A stretch of 64,000 nt of DNA from Octopus sinensis (Eukaryota). Below the pieces are notes generated by a model. That model was not told where the DNA came from and ran no database searches. It worked only from the letters and a program-made list of their open reading frames with translations. The DNA lies in NCBI RefSeq assembly GCF_006345805.1, contig NC_043000.1, positions 102,424,001 through 102,488,000 of the forward strand. Direction: 5' to 3'. A program made the position numbers and the translations under genes. Positions within the stretch are counted from its first letter, which is position 1; each line of letters begins with the position of its first letter. Positions 1 to 13,842 of the stretch are shown in pieces.

Positions 1-53
1 AGCAAGACATCCAGAAGGTGAGACCTGGAGGAAGAGAGAGAAAATCATCTGCA

Positions 54-200
54 CTGGGTTGGTCCACATCTTTGTCCGAGCAAACTAGAGCAATGTAAAA
101 TAAAGAACCTTGCTCAAAGCGTAAGCACGCTGCCCAGTTTGAGAATTGAACTGATAACTTTATGATCGGAGCGCAAAAACCTAATCACTAGGCCACTGAC
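54..200 (-). mobile_element. tRNA-derived SINE (family C), degenerate 5' part
   Basis: Minus strand starts GTCAGTGGCCTAGTGATTAGG (A-box-like), then a B-box-like GTTTCAATTC and TTGAGCAAGGTTCTTTATTTTACATTGCTC, similar to the copies at 41941-42235 and 48317-48639. Confidence 0.55.
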
Positions 201-1065
201 ATTTACTGTACATTTTGTGTGCGCATATATGTGTGTGTGTGTGTGTCACTATTTATATATCTATATATATGTGTGGATTATTTGGTGGTTATTTGCTGTT
301 TCCTCTTGAAGCACATCGGATTATTCCGTTATTACAATCCAGTATGTAGTCTCAGTTGCAGTTGTGTGTTAGCCAAAGTTGAAAATTACAAAAATATTAT
401 TTGCAGAATTATTATTTTTGATCTTCTCTACAAATGAAGATATTTCTTTCGTTTTGCTGCTTTTCATTCTACGAAATGAGAAGATACATTGCGGAATTGT
501 TATTTTAACGAGTTGTAGCTATTCATCACCCGATAAGATACATCTACGCCGCCAGATGCTCCTGAGCCAGTTATTAAGTATCCCACCCGTGAGGGGTCGA
601 TACTAGATGTGTCTAAACAATTGTCGTGATTAATAAAAATTCTCGTATATTGCATCTTCTGTCTTCCATTTACTATATATATATATATATTTCTCCGTCT
701 GAAGAGTTTCTAATAGGAAATACCTTACATGTCTATCTAACTTGTAAAAATTGTGATTCCTCTTAACAAATGTAACACGTGTAATGGTGAATAAATGATG
801 CAAAATTTCCAGTTTCCTGTTTATACATTTATGTTTATATATATATATATTGCCGGCGGCGGTTACGGCGGCTGCAGTTTCATCTCGTATCCGACAGTTC
901 AATTTCTTCTTTGCTGAACGCTTCCATTTGGATGTCGCGAAGATATAGAGTCTAGGTTTTGCAGCCATATTAGCAAGGTTGAATTAACAAAAGTATTATA
1001 GAACATAATTTCTTGCTATATAAGTGTATACATGTAGATATAGCTAAATATAGATATAGAGATAC

Positions 1066-1272
1066 TGTTGTCGGGATAATAGTAATAATGGTACACCCCT
1101 CCCACGTGACGAGTGGTATGTGCTAGCTCCTATAAATAAGGTAACGTTGGTCAGTATAAAGAGAGAGTACGAAGTAGATGGTCATGGATAGTCGTGGTCT
1201 TACTTGTCTTACTAACTATACTTGATTTACCAGAGTGAGCGTTATAACAATCCGACATTAAGGATTACAACA
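1066..1272 (+). repeat. 5' LTR
   Basis: TG...CA ends; aligns to 5692-5896 with about 21 substitutions and 2 indels (hand count, ~89% identity); contains TATAAA. Confidence 0.95.
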
Positions 1273-1273
1273 G

Positions 1274-1281
1274 TGGCAGCG
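1274..1281 (+). promoter_or_regulatory. Primer binding site (TGGCAGCG)
   Basis: Starts 1 nt after the 5' LTR; complementary to the ...CGCTGCCA 3' end of metazoan tRNA-Leu(AAG/UAG). Confidence 0.65.
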
Positions 1282-1378
1282 AATTAACAAAACTCGAATT
1301 AACAATTCTCGCGAGGAGTTAACAAATTCACAAAAGTTTCGTTTGTGTTAATTATACGGCAACAAAAATCGTTAGATT

Positions 1379-2330
1379 ATGGAAAATTTGTTGGCTGCTT
1401 TGCTCGAGTTTCAGAAACAGCAACATCAGCAACTGAAAAAACAACAACTGCAGCAGCTATAACTGCAAGAACATCTGCAGAAACAACAACAGCAGGAGCA
1501 ACAACAACAATTACTATTACAGCAACAAATGCTGTTTTAATGAATAGTAAGATATCAGGAAATGCTGGAAAAAATGTTCTAGCCAGATTATGTTGCGAAC
1601 TTGATAACAGAGTTTAAGTACGAACCAAACGAAGGAGTTACCTTCGAGGCTTACTATAGAAGATGCAAACAAATCTTCAATAAAGATTGCAAGGACTGAG
1701 ACGACAATATGAAAACGCATTTAATCTTAAGAAAATTGGCAGCAGGAGAACATATGAGCGTTACAGTAACTATATACTCTCGAAAAAAAGCCTTCTCACA
1801 TAAACTTTAATGATACAGTAGACACATTGTGTAAAATGTTTAGTGAGAAAAGCTCGTTGCTCAATACACGTTGGAAATGTTTGAATCTAGAGAAGAACAA
1901 CTAGGAGGAATACATCAAATATGCTAGTAAAGGTAACAAGGAATGTGAAAAGTTCAAGGTGAACGAATTGACGCCAGATATGTTCAAGTGCCTGATATTT
2001 ACTCAGGAACTATCTGCAGAGAAAAATGCAGAAGTAAGAATAAGAATTCTCGAACAAAACCAAGTGTCAGAAGAGTGTGAAAGAATAGAAAATTTAAGAC
2101 AAGACACAGAGAAAATTGAGCATATATGTTGTATCCAAATGAAACAAGGGCGAAATAGACAGAGTAGAAATCAAGTGAGTACTAAAATACAGTACAGACA
2201 GGACAAGAATCAGGAAACAAATCCATGTTCTGTATGAGGAGGTCTACACCTGAGAAAAAATTGTCCTATTAAGAAAGCGGAATGCTTCTATTGTGGAAAA
2301 ATTGGACGCACAAAAGCGCACTGTAAAACC
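1379..2330 (+). pseudogene. gag: gag pseudogene
   Basis: ATG at 1379 gives MENLLAALLEFQKQQHQQ (Gln-rich); then ITEFKYEPNEGVTFEAYYRRCKQIFNKDC; two decayed knuckles CSV*GGLHLRKNC (CX2CX3HX4C) and CFYCGKIGRTKAHC at about 2226-2325; several in-frame stops. Confidence 0.85.
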
Positions 2331-2400
2331 AAGATGACGAAACGTTGGAAGAAGGGAAAAAATAAACAGTATGTCATCGAAAGAAAATGGTAATGTAACG

Positions 2401-5364
2401 AAGATGAAATTTGTAAATGTGAAAATTAAAAATATAAGAGTAAAAATGCAGTCAGACACTGAAAGTGATATTACATTGTAAATGAAGAAACTTGGAAGTA
2501 TATCAGTAAGCCGAAATTAAGTAAATCTACAAAAGTAGTACATGGTGTTATAGGCAAAAGATTGTATTTTGTTGGCGAATTTGTGCATAACGTAACATTT
2601 CGTGACCAAATAGGCGTAGGAGTGGCTGTGTGGTAAGTAGCTTGCTTACCAGGTTCCGGGTTCAGTCCCACTGCGCGGCTCCTTGGGCAAGTGTCTTCTA
2701 CAATAGCCTCGGAACGACCAAAGCCTTGTAAGTGGATTTTGTAGACGGAAACTGAAAGAAGCCCGTCGTATATATATATATATGTTTGTGTGTCTGTGTT
2801 TGTCCCTCCAACATGGCTTGACAACCGATTCTGATGTGTTTACATCCCCGTAACTTAGTGGTTCGGCAAAAGAGACCGATAGAATAAGTACTAGGCTTAC
2901 AAAGAATAAGTCCTGGGGTCGATTTGATCGACTAAAGGCGATGCTCCAGCATGGCCACAATCACATGACTGAAACAAGTAAAAGAGTTAAAGTGTAAACG
3001 AAAACGGTAAAAACATATGTGTTAAAAATTCAGTTAATCCATTTGGCACAATTTGGAACTATTCAAATTGTGGAATACGCCCGTAAGTGTTTTTATGTGG
3101 GAAAATAGTCAGTTCAGTCGAAGGTTCGAATGAGGCTGAGGGACTGAAACAAAAAATAAAACATTTATTTCCAGATGTTTTCTTGGAGGAACTGGGCTGT
3201 TGCACGAAAACAAAGGCAGAAATTGCAGTAAAACGTAGTGCAACACCTGTATCTAAGCCAAAATGGAATGTGCCGTTTGCGGCAATAGACCAGGTAAACA
3301 AGAATTTGAAAGACTTGAGCCTAGAAATAATCGAGAAGACGGAAGAAAAATACTATGTTAAGAGATTGTGCAGAGTTGAAAGATTGGATTGCTTAATCTC
3401 ACATAACTACCCATTGCCGAGTCCTGATGAAGTGTTTACAAAATTGAATGGAGAGAAATTCTTCTCAAAATTAGACCTCTCGGAGGCATATCTAGAAATC
3501 CATATAGAAGAAGAATACTCACACTTATTAACAATTTATACACACTGTTGCTTATTTAAATTTAAGTGACTTCCCTTCGGTATAAAAGTGGTTCCCTCCA
3601 TATTTCAGCAAGTAGTTGATACAATGCTGGGTGACTGTGATTTCGCTGTCACCTATTTAGACGATATTCTGCTAAAAAGGGACTCACATGAACAACATGT
3701 AGAACACGTTGAAAGGGTATTCGAAAAGATCAGAGAATGCGGTTTCAAGTTAATGGAAGAAAAATTAAATATTTGGACCAGATAATAGATAAAAGCGGAC
3801 GAAATCCGCATCCATCGAGAGCAACTGCGATAAAAAAAAATATACCCACACCGAATAATGTGACTATGCTACAAGCATTCCTGGATTTAGTATATTATTA
3901 TCAAATTTACATTCCCAAGATACCTAATGTAAGGGCCCCCGTTCAATGATCTGTTAAAGAAAAATACAAAACAGTGTTGGACTGATAAGTGCCAGAAGGC
4001 ATTTAAATAGTTAAAAAGCATTTTATCATCGGACTTATTGTTAACGCATTTTGATGCAAAGTTGGATAAATACATTGGCTACAAATACGAATGATTATGG
4101 TGTAGGAGCCGTGCTTCTGCACAAATATGACGATGGGAGTAAAAAGCTATTGCCCATGAGTCACGATCGTTATTACCAGCTGAAATGAACTAAGTCAGAT
4201 AGAAAAGGAAGCGTTAGCAATCCTATTCGATGTCGAAACATTCCATAGATTGATACATGGAAGAAATTTCTGTCTACAAATGGATCATCGTCCACTACTA
4301 TCAATATATGGTTCTAAAAATGTAATACCAACACACAGCGAATGGACTACAGTGATGTGACACTATATTATTGAAGTATGACAACAAAATGGAATATTTA
4401 CCGTCAAAATAATTGGGGCATGCGGATGGTTTGTCCAGACTGATAGCGAAACATTGCGAGCCATTCGAAGATACAGTAATCGTAGCTGTAAAAGCAGAGA
4501 GAGAAATAAAAATGTAACGTGGAATGTGGTACGCGAATTACCGCTAACCCTAGAAGACATAAAGCGAAATGCAGTAAAGGACAAATTCGTAACAGAACTG
4601 AAAAGAACACTGTGGTAGGAAAAAATAAATAGGAACATGATTGGTACGAAACCAAACCAAGACGTGAACCTATACTCAATTTGTAATGGCGTACTGATGT
4701 AAGCACAGAGAGTAGTGATACCTGAAGCACTACAAAAGAAAATGTTGAGGAAATTTCATGTTTGATATATTGGTATTTCGAGGATAAAAGCTTTAGTGCG
4801 TAGCTACGTGTACTGGCCAAAAGTGGACAGAGAAATCGAAACTTTAGTGAAAGGCTGTAGAGGATGTGCTCTAGCGGCAAAATACCGACGATAAAAAGTG
4901 AAGCCTGGCCAAAAGTAAATGTTCCGTGGTCGAGACTACACATCGATTTCACTGGTCCTTTAAACGGTTCATACTAAATGGTACTTAATAGTTTCTCTAA
5001 ATGGCCAGAAATTTGTAAGTGTAAAAAAAACAACGGACAAGCAAAACGTTTTGTCGATACGTTCAAGGGAGCCCTAAGAAAATCGAATAAAGAAGTCACA
5101 GATGAGGTAGCTGTATACTGTGTGTCACCAAATCCAAATACACCTGCAGTTGTGTTACCGGCGGAGCTGATGTTTGCGAGGAAAATAAAATCAGTCTTCA
5201 ACAAATTTTTACCGGGGAAAAGAAGAAAAATTGCAAGGGAAAATACAGCAAGATTTTTCAAAATTGGTGAAAAGGTATTTGTGAGGGCACATAAGAACGG
5301 AAAACAGAGTTGCGAAGATGGCGTGATTACCAAACGCATAGGAAAAATGCTATACTTGATATAA
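2401..5364 (+). pseudogene. pol: pol pseudogene (protease, RT, RNase H, integrase)
   Basis: PR remnant KMQSDTESDIT; RT YPLPSPDEVF...FSKLDLSEAY...LPFG...YLDDILL; RH YGVGAVL...EKEALAI...DHRPLLSIYGSK; IN zinc finger WPKVDREIE...CRGC, PWSRLHIDFTGP and NGQAKRFVDTFK; stops, frameshifts and a SINE insertion. Confidence 0.92.
2611..2986 (+). mobile_element. tRNA-derived SINE (family A) nested in the gypsy protease region
   Basis: GGAGTGGCTGTGTGGTAAGTAGCTTGC...GGTTCAGTCCCACTGCG head, CCTTGGGCAAGTGTCTTC body and GAAACAAGTAAAAGAG tail; same family as 20646, 40837 and 47140. Confidence 0.9.
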
Positions 5365-5680
5365 AGTAGAAAAAACGTATACAAGAGACACATGAACCAA
5401 CTGAAAAAAAGATTCGTTGAGAGCGAACCCAAGAGAATAGAAGGACCAATAGAATGGTAATATGATACTTTTCAAGTAAAAACGCCTCTACAGGTGATTG
5501 GACCCAGACGCACAAGCATAAGAAAAAGAAAATGTACAGAGTTCCTGAAAGTGGATGCCAAACTGAAAAAATATTAAATGTGTAACCAAGAAGAAAAAAC
5601 AACTCAAAAAAGAGAGGTGGGTAATATAAAAAGTATTACTATTAGAAGAAATAAAATGTCACTCCCTAAAAAGAAAACAT

Positions 5681-5689
5681 AAAAGGGGA
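5681..5689 (+). promoter_or_regulatory. Polypurine tract
   Basis: AAAAGGGGA 2 nt upstream of the 3' LTR. Confidence 0.75.
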
Positions 5690-5691
5690 TA

Positions 5692-5896
5692 TGTTGTGGG
5701 AATAACAGTAATAATAATACACCCTCCCACGTGACGAGTGGTATGTGCTAGTCTCTATAAATAAGGTGACGTCGGTCAGTATAAAGTGAGAGTATGAAGT
5801 AGACGGTCATAGCTTGTCGTGGTCTTACTTGTCTTACTAACTATACTGATATACCTGAGTGGACGTTATAACAATCCGGCATTAAGGATTACAACA
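5692..5896 (+). repeat. 3' LTR
   Basis: TGTTG...ACAACA, homologous to 1066-1272. Confidence 0.95.
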
Positions 5897-7639
5897 GACA
5901 CACGCACAACATATACATACACGCATATACTTATAAAACGCTGGATATTTTGTGTAGAGGTTTGTAATTGAAGTTTTTGTTTAAAACTGTATTATGAATA
6001 TCTGTGTAATATTTGTGTAATGGGAACGTATCTACTGCTGTATAGCTGTTTGTATGTGTTCATATACTTGTGAATGAGAGTGTGTTTGTGAGTATGTAAG
6101 AGAGAGAGGATGGGAGTGAAAGTGAGTGGCAGAGAAAGTGGATGAGTGTGTGTTGTGTGTGTGTGTGCGTGTACATATTTAATTACATGTTTTATTTGTA
6201 TATGAGAAAGGAAGAGGAAGATTGCTGTCGGCTTATTCGTACAATGCCAAATATATCATCACGACAAATGGAGCATTATCTTTAGTATACTCTTCCATGA
6301 AGATGCTATCTCTGCTTTATTCGGTAAATATTTCTATATTTTAAAAAAGTAACTAATACTAAATATTGCACTATACTTTCTGGTTACTTCATCACTACGA
6401 AGGGAGTTTTTTTCGCCGATGAGGTCAGAATAAAATTAAGCATGTCCAGTGATGTCTCACGTGCTTAGCGGGAAAAAAGTTTAAATTACATTAATCAGTG
6501 ATTATTATAGATTTCAATTATATATTTCTTTCCAAGCCTCCTAGTTACACATTTTAATACTTTAATTGTTAGCTCAACCTGGAGAGATCTTCGAATAGCG
6601 CTCCCTATCGAGTAATGTTATAACAGAGGTTCTTTGGAAGAACTACATTTAGCCGCTTGTGTTCACGATCGTATTCTTTTAGTCATTATTCTTTCCGTGC
6701 TAACCGTCTCCATAGGCGAATATAGGTACGAAAACCATATTGAAGGTGGCGTGTTTGGCTTTTTTTCTTTTCTTTCATCTTTTTTTTACCAAATTTTCCT
6801 CTTCTAAGGATCAAATGCTGACGCATTGAAAGATTATAGCTCTAGTATTAAGAACATGTGATTAGTATGTCACAGGAAAGTATCACGAGAGAGATTCTTT
6901 AAATCAAGCCAACCGGCAGGAGACCCAAGGGTTAGCCAGGAACAAAATGGTTGGACAATATCCATAATATCCATAATCTCAGTTTGTCACGCTTGGGATT
7001 CTAGCCGGAAAGTTTAATGACGATTACATCTGACAGGAGCCAAAGAAGGAGGTTCCTGACTCTCCCAGGAATAGTAGGCGGAGAAGATAGGTGGATGGAA
7101 GTATGTTAGCAATAACGTATCTATTGTTTCTCAATCTGACAGTATCTCTGAAAATGACTATTGTCTATATAATTCCATTTTCAAGCCAATGAATTAGCCG
7201 GCATTGTTTTAATGTTCTTTTATTTTGTTATCTTTATATATTTATTATTTTACGCTTGATTTCACCCTCACCTCTCATTTTTATGTCTCACCTTTATTAT
7301 AACGGGTCTCTCACCAAATTCTGGGGAAAATGGCATCATTTTCGCCTATTATTTGTTTACTGATTTATTTATTTATTTATCTTGCCATTAAAAGTTCATC
7401 GTCACATCCTTATACCAACACCTAATTCTACTCCTCAAACAGTCTGTAAAGACGAGAATCAAACAAAAACATCAAATTTAACAATCGGCCATTAACCAAT
7501 ATTAAGCTGCGTATAATGTTAAAAGGGGGAGGAGACGGTCTCACAGTTTAAGCACTTACTATGGACAGCGTCACCCCATCTTGTTAATAAAGTCTGTATT
7601 CTGATTCTCTCACTGTCAATACTCCCCACTTCTCCACTC

Positions 7640-7855
7640 TCTTCTCCCGCTCCCTTTCTTCCTCTCTCTCTCTATATATATATATGTGTGTGTATATGTG
7701 TGTATATATATATGTGTGTGTGTGTATGGTTTGAGAGTGTGTGAATAAATATAGATATGTATATGTATGTATGTCCATCAGCGAGGGGGATAAACAACTA
7801 TATTTCCGTGTATACTAATAAGTGTATGAGTGTATATACATACACACACACACAC

Positions 7856-7946
<91 letters not shown>

Positions 7947-8142
7947 CATATATATACATACACACATATATACGTACATATATGCGTGTGTGTACATATG
8001 TATGTCTATGCGTTTGTGTGTGCTTATAAACGTATGTGAATGTGAATATATATACAGATATACACATATTCACATACAAAGATTTTAGGCAGGTGTATAG
8101 ATATATACAAATATGTGTATATAAATCAGTGTGTGTGTGTGG

Positions 8143-8210
<68 letters not shown>

Positions 8211-8764
8211 TCTATATACATATTCATATATGAATATGAATATGCGTGTATACCTATACGTTATGTGTGATGACTACATATTTACACATGTACACCTATT
8301 TATCAAACAATCTCTATATCTATCTCTAGCACTTTAGTTATCAAATCACACCTCTCTCATATAACATATATCTATATTGTAATATATAGTCTATCGTCTA
8401 CTAAATCTCATTGCCTCTTTAATTTCATTCGCTTATCTTGTATATTTGTATTACCTTGTGCGTTTACGATGGCGTGTATGTATATGCATACATATACACG
8501 CTCACACAGTGTATGCGTATACACACACTTACAACGTATATGTATATACATACATATACATGTACACATACATATATATGCGTTTGTGTGTGTATGTATA
8601 TGAACCTCTCTCTCTCTCTCTTTCCCTCTCTTTCTCTTTGTATTATATATATATATACATATATATGTGCATAGTATATATATATGAGAATATGTATATA
8701 TATATATATACATATATTATGTGTGTGGGTGTTGTTTATATACATATATATAGTGTGTGTGTGT

Positions 8765-8852
<88 letters not shown>

Positions 8853-9343
8853 GTATATATGTATGTGGGTGTGTTTGTATGTATCTACAATGTGCATATA
8901 TATGTGTAGTTATCCTTCATCTCAATCTCTAGCTCCTTCCCTCTCTAGCTCTTCCCCCCCTCTCTTATTCTTCTGTCTTTCTCTATCTCCTTTTTTTCTC
9001 CCTCTTGCTCTTTCCCCTCTCTATCTCTTTCTTTGTCTATGTGCGTGTATCGATATTACTTAATCATTTTATAGCTCATTAAGAAAACTTTATGGTAAAA
9101 TTATTCATTTCTAATTATCTTAGCGAGTTGCAAGAAGCAATATTTCATTTCGAGTCATTGCTAAGAAAGCACTCACACACATACACATACACACACACAC
9201 ACGCGCGCGCACTTACACTTACACGTAGAGTAAACACACACTAACTTACAATGGGTCATACATACACGCACCCAGACACTCACGGACACACACACATACA
9301 TACACACACACACACACACACATATATATACCTACGTATGCAT

Positions 9344-9411
<68 letters not shown>

Positions 9412-9522
9412 GATGTAGATATACAAACATACATACATACATGCATATACATATATTTCTATGTATACATTATATATGAATATATATATAGATATGTACA
9501 TATGTGTGTGTATATATGTATA

Positions 9523-9578
<56 letters not shown>

Positions 9579-9630
9579 CACACATACATACATACCAACA
9601 ACCACCCACTCCACACACAACACAAAGACA
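7640..9630. repeat. Compound microsatellite field (TA, CA, GA, AGAT, ACAT)
   Basis: Multiple long simple repeats; the source of the YIYI/CVCV ORFs. Confidence 0.95.
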
Positions 9631-10517
9631 GGGAAACACACGCCCAGATGTATACCCAACACATCCATCCACACAGATTAGAGCGTTTGGTCAGAGACTT
9701 CTTGTAATTGCCTGATTATAATCAGTATCGGCTTGCTATAGAATTGGTATGCCATGAAACTATAGAGATGGAATTTTCGTTTCATGTATTCAATGACAAA
9801 TATTGTTTTTTCATTGCCGCATAATTAGGTATAGTTAGCTTTTTCATGGTCCCCGCATTATATAAAGTTAACCCAAACTTTAACTACACACATATGCACA
9901 CATACACAAACACGCTCACGCGCTTACAAATATACCTATAGACACACATATATATTCGTTCGAGTGATTTATTTTGACAATGTAGGAGGAGGTTAGTAGT
10001 CAATACAGGTTGTATTCGTTTATTTCAAATGTATTTCTTGGTTTCGTGACTCGAGTTTCACACCATTTTAATCTTAGGATGTCGCCTGGAGACTGCAGTG
10101 GCTTGAAACCACGGTTGCGAGACATATATATTCCGTTTGCACTCACAAACGCAAATACACACACACACGCATGCGTGCATGCAGACAGACACTTAGAGAT
10201 GGGGGACATTTTGGGTAAAGGTTTGAAATAAATATCTACAGCTAAAACTGTTTATGTAACTGAAACGTATCTACTACCGTATAGATATTTGCATGTGTCC
10301 ATGCATTTGTGTGTTAGCATGTGTGTTTGTGTTTGTGTGTCTGTGTATGGGTTTGTATGTGCGTGTACATATTTAATTGTTTGTTTTACTTGTATATGTA
10401 AAAGGGAGAGGAAGGGTGGTGGTGGCTCATTCGCATAAAGTCAAATATCACACACGTATGCCCGTGTACACACACGCCTATATGCCAACATAATACATAT
10501 ATTTATATAAGTATATC

Positions 10518-10553
<36 letters not shown>

Positions 10554-10963
10554 ATATTATATATATATATATATACTTATATAAATATATGCTTATATAT
10601 ATGCACAAACACAAATATAGGTGGAGAAGAAGGGAAGGAAGAGAAACTAAGACACACCTTCACATTGTCAGTTTCGTAGGTATAGTCTCGACACTTTCAG
10701 ACACACACATATGTGTGTTTGTGTGTGTACCCCCTCGTACATCCACCAGTAATTCTCAAGACACTGCTGAACAATTACTCCAACCCCCATTAGTCACATA
10801 GAAACTTGGTTCCGCAACAACTGGTCTAAAGGAGTTTCTACAAAATTCGCTAATTCCCATCTTATCGCCTTATCATTAACGCCGGAGAACATCATTTACC
10901 ACGAACTATTATACTCAATAAGAAATATACCTCACACCGAAGACAGATATACTAACAGATATA

Positions 10964-11180
10964 CGACGGTGAGCTGAAACGATCCTGGCTTTCAGGGTGT
11001 CGTGAAAGGCCTGGTTGAAGGCCCAACCTTCCGGGTTCTTTTACAGGGCTTAGAGAAACTGAAGAACCGCTGCAATAAGTCTCTGAATATGAGAGGGTAA
11101 TATGCTGAATAAAATCTTAAATAACTGATCCTCCTGTATTTTCTTTTACCCAATACCAGGAACTTTCCAGCACCCCGTCG
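10964..11180 (+). mobile_element. mariner-derived MITE / internally deleted mariner (217 bp)
   Basis: TA on both sides (10962-63, 11181-82); imperfect ~29-bp TIRs CGACGGTGAGCTGAAACGATCCTGGCTTT / CGACGGGGTGCTGGAAAGTTCCTGGTATT; keeps the transposase C-terminus LQGLEKLKNRCNKSLNMRG*YAE*. Confidence 0.8.
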
Positions 11181-11649
11181 TATGTACAATGTCATCAGTG
11201 TATGAGGCAGTGTGTGATTTGTGATGGTGAGGGAAGGTCGTGTTAACACAAGCTAAAGGTATTTCATTCAGAAACTTACATGTTCTGGAAATATTTGGGT
11301 GCTCTTTTCTTTTTCTTCTTCTTGTACTGTACATAGGTTTGGCAACTTGGCAAGTACCAGCCAGCATTTTGTGCTGTTTTCTAAAGTGGAATAATATATT
11401 TTTGTGTAAGGCACCTACAAAACTATAGACCCCATTTTGCCAATTCACCGTCCCAAAATCATTGCTTCCATGTGTTTACTCATACATACAAGAGAAAATC
11501 CTCGAACATGGAGTTACAAACGCATTGGAATAGACAAAATATAATTATACAAAGACGAGGGAAGAAGTAAAGACGCCTAGCAATGGACAGATATGGATGT
11601 ACATTAGAGAAAACATATTTGATTAGAAATTAGAAGTACATGGTAATTG

Positions 11650-11830
11650 TTTCTAATTTAGATAGAAAACCAGCAACTTTGAGGGGAAGGGTTAATCGAT
11701 TAGGTAGAGCCTTATACTATATTGGTAATTTGTTTTATTGAAGACGAAAGGATGGAGGTCAGTTGGCCACGATGCATTTGACCTCAAGTGATAAGAAGCC
11801 AGATTTATTACGCCGATGCTCCAACGAGTC
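11650..11830 (-). mobile_element. tRNA-derived SINE (family B), highly degenerate
   Basis: Loose similarity to 15181-15399 (CCAGCAACTTTGAGGGG...GAAAGGATG...). Confidence 0.45.
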
Positions 11831-11999
11831 TTCCAGTCCCCTACCACAGAATAATTAAATCAAGATAAAACTTTAAAACATGAAACATATATTGGGTTAA
11901 CCCAACCGCATACGACTGAATACCTAACAGTTATGTTAAGGCAGCACATCCTACGATATCGGCTACCCATGACTCTTTAAAATTGGTTCACACAAAGGT

Positions 12000-12950
12000 A
12001 CCTGTAATTATCTTAGTGGCGAACTGGGCAAGAAATTTCTAGGTCTTCTAAGCAGTTGCACATGAGACTAATAGTGTACTTTTAACTGGCAGTCTTATCA
12101 TCCAGGTGTGGTAATCTACTCCTCAGTCGATACTTTATTACGACGTTCCTCTTCTCATTTCATTCAGATGTTCCATCAGTTCTTTGTTTCTTGTGCGAAG
12201 AACCATGAATTTTATTCAGTCTTGAGCTGATGGATTCTTCATTATGCAATACGTCACTCTCTCTCTTAGGCTGAAAATGTTTTTGAGAGATTTCTGTTTC
12301 TTGCTCTTCCCGCGATTACCAGCAATTTGGTATCTCTATCGTTTTTGCGCTATCCCTCCTCTTTGCTGCACGAAGTGTCAACGCTAATTATGCTCAAGAG
12401 AAGGTCATTCAGCTTGCTTGTCCGTTCTTGGAATGAAGGGCACAGCATTCTCCCTTTCCACCATTTCCAGAGTTGCAACTATAAGTATTGTTAGAACAGT
12501 AGCTTCCAAGACCTGCTTCTGCTGCTGTCTCATCACGTACTTCTCTACTTACTCAGGGCAGAAATCCCTCAGGTGGCTTTTCCTACCACAAGTATGAAAA
12601 CCACAGCAACTAGGTTGTCTGTTCTGCACCTGTTGTCCCATAGAATTTCTTCCTGTACCCACCACGCGGCACGGCTCAATAATTGCTCTATGGTCTTCAG
12701 GAGATTATTAAGGTATGTACATCCACACAGAGCCTACATGACAGAATCTGGTTGCCTCGGCAGTTACCACCTGACCGTACTGCGTCACTAAAGTGACGAA
12801 AAATCAAGACTCAATGTCATCATCAAAATGCTTTACTTTAATCATGTGTTGCACCATCACAGGCATTGCAATAAGATCTTCTGGGCAGGTGTATAACGTA
12901 CAGCTCAACGAGTTCTGAATATGAAATATTGTGTCATAGTATTTTTAACA
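12000..12950 (-). pseudogene. Decayed retroelement ORF1/gag-like remnant with CCHC knuckle
   Basis: Minus strand at about 12552-12598 reads FHTCGRKSHLRDFCPE (CX2CX4HX4C with the first C lost); GC-elevated block; boundaries approximate. Confidence 0.35.
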
Positions 12951-13842
12951 TCTTCCTATAATTGCCATTTTAGGACCATAAGAATAGTCCATGTGGCTTA
13001 TTCAGTAATAACTCCTTTTCATTTTCTCTCCTTATTCAATAAATGACTAAGATATGGATATAGCTTTCTTTGTTACTGAGTTTTGCTCGGCAAACATTTT
13101 CTCTTTCAATTCAAATTTAAAGCCAGTCTGTCTAAGGTAGCTCCAGCTATAAAAAAAAAGGGCTCGAAACGCTTTGTTTCCCAGTTTAAACACTCCATCC
13201 ATTCTTTCACTTGACGAGGAGTGGATGCTTATGTGTGATGTTACTGCTATCGTTAGTCGTGCCGTTTAAAAATATTAAAATTATTTTATTTTCTGTCAAA
13301 AATATCAAAATTTTATTATGTTTCTTCAGATGAAATAAATGTATTCTGCAGAGGAAATTACTTTCTTTTCCTTTTTATCTGTTTACTGTTTAAAAACACA
13401 TTGACTTTTTTATTCGAATATTTAGGAGAGCATTTTAAAACGTTATGGCCTTTGTTTCTTCATAGGCGGTAAAAAAGAAAGCTTGTATGTGTAAGTAAGT
13501 CTTCTGATAAACCATGGCACTTACACTAACAAAAGGGAACTTTATTTATGTATCTAGATAAAAAAAAATGCTTGATTTTACATAGATGAGAACTCCTCTG
13601 CTGTGATAAAGTCTATCTAGTCTAATCTGAGTATGATGAAGAATATCCGGTGTTTTCTGAATCATAACGGTATAAAACCAATTATCCGGACACTGATGGT
13701 CCGAAATCGCTTATACTCCGCACTAATTTACGAGCAAAAACTTCAAATTCCCGTGGACACCAGACTAGTTTACAGGTACCTTACACAGATTTTTACCTTG
13801 AAAAATACAGTATTTATAAACTACATCGTTTATACTAATGTA

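Larger units (their letters stand above)
1066..5896 (+). mobile_element. Ty3/Gypsy LTR retrotransposon (Mag-clade-like), full-length but decayed
   Basis: Two ~206-bp LTRs (TGTTG...ACAACA), PBS, PPT, 5-bp TSD GATAC (1061-1065)/GACAC (5897-5901) with one mismatch, and gag-PR-RT-RH-IN order with many stops and frameshifts. Confidence 0.95.

Noticed and set aside
630-968. 112-aa minus-strand ORF MAAKPRL...
   Set aside because: Runs through (TA)n tracts, has no recognisable domain and no clear splice boundaries.
7584-9715. Many overlapping ORFs (YIYI, CVCV, THTH peptides); similar ones at 16-17.7, 36.3-37.9 and 58-59 kb
   Set aside because: Translations of dinucleotide and tetranucleotide microsatellites, open in several frames; no coding evidence.
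10030-10090. GAAACTCGAGTC on the minus strand, identical to retrozyme stem III plus GUC
   Set aside because: No CUGANGA or stem II upstream and no wider homology to the monomer.
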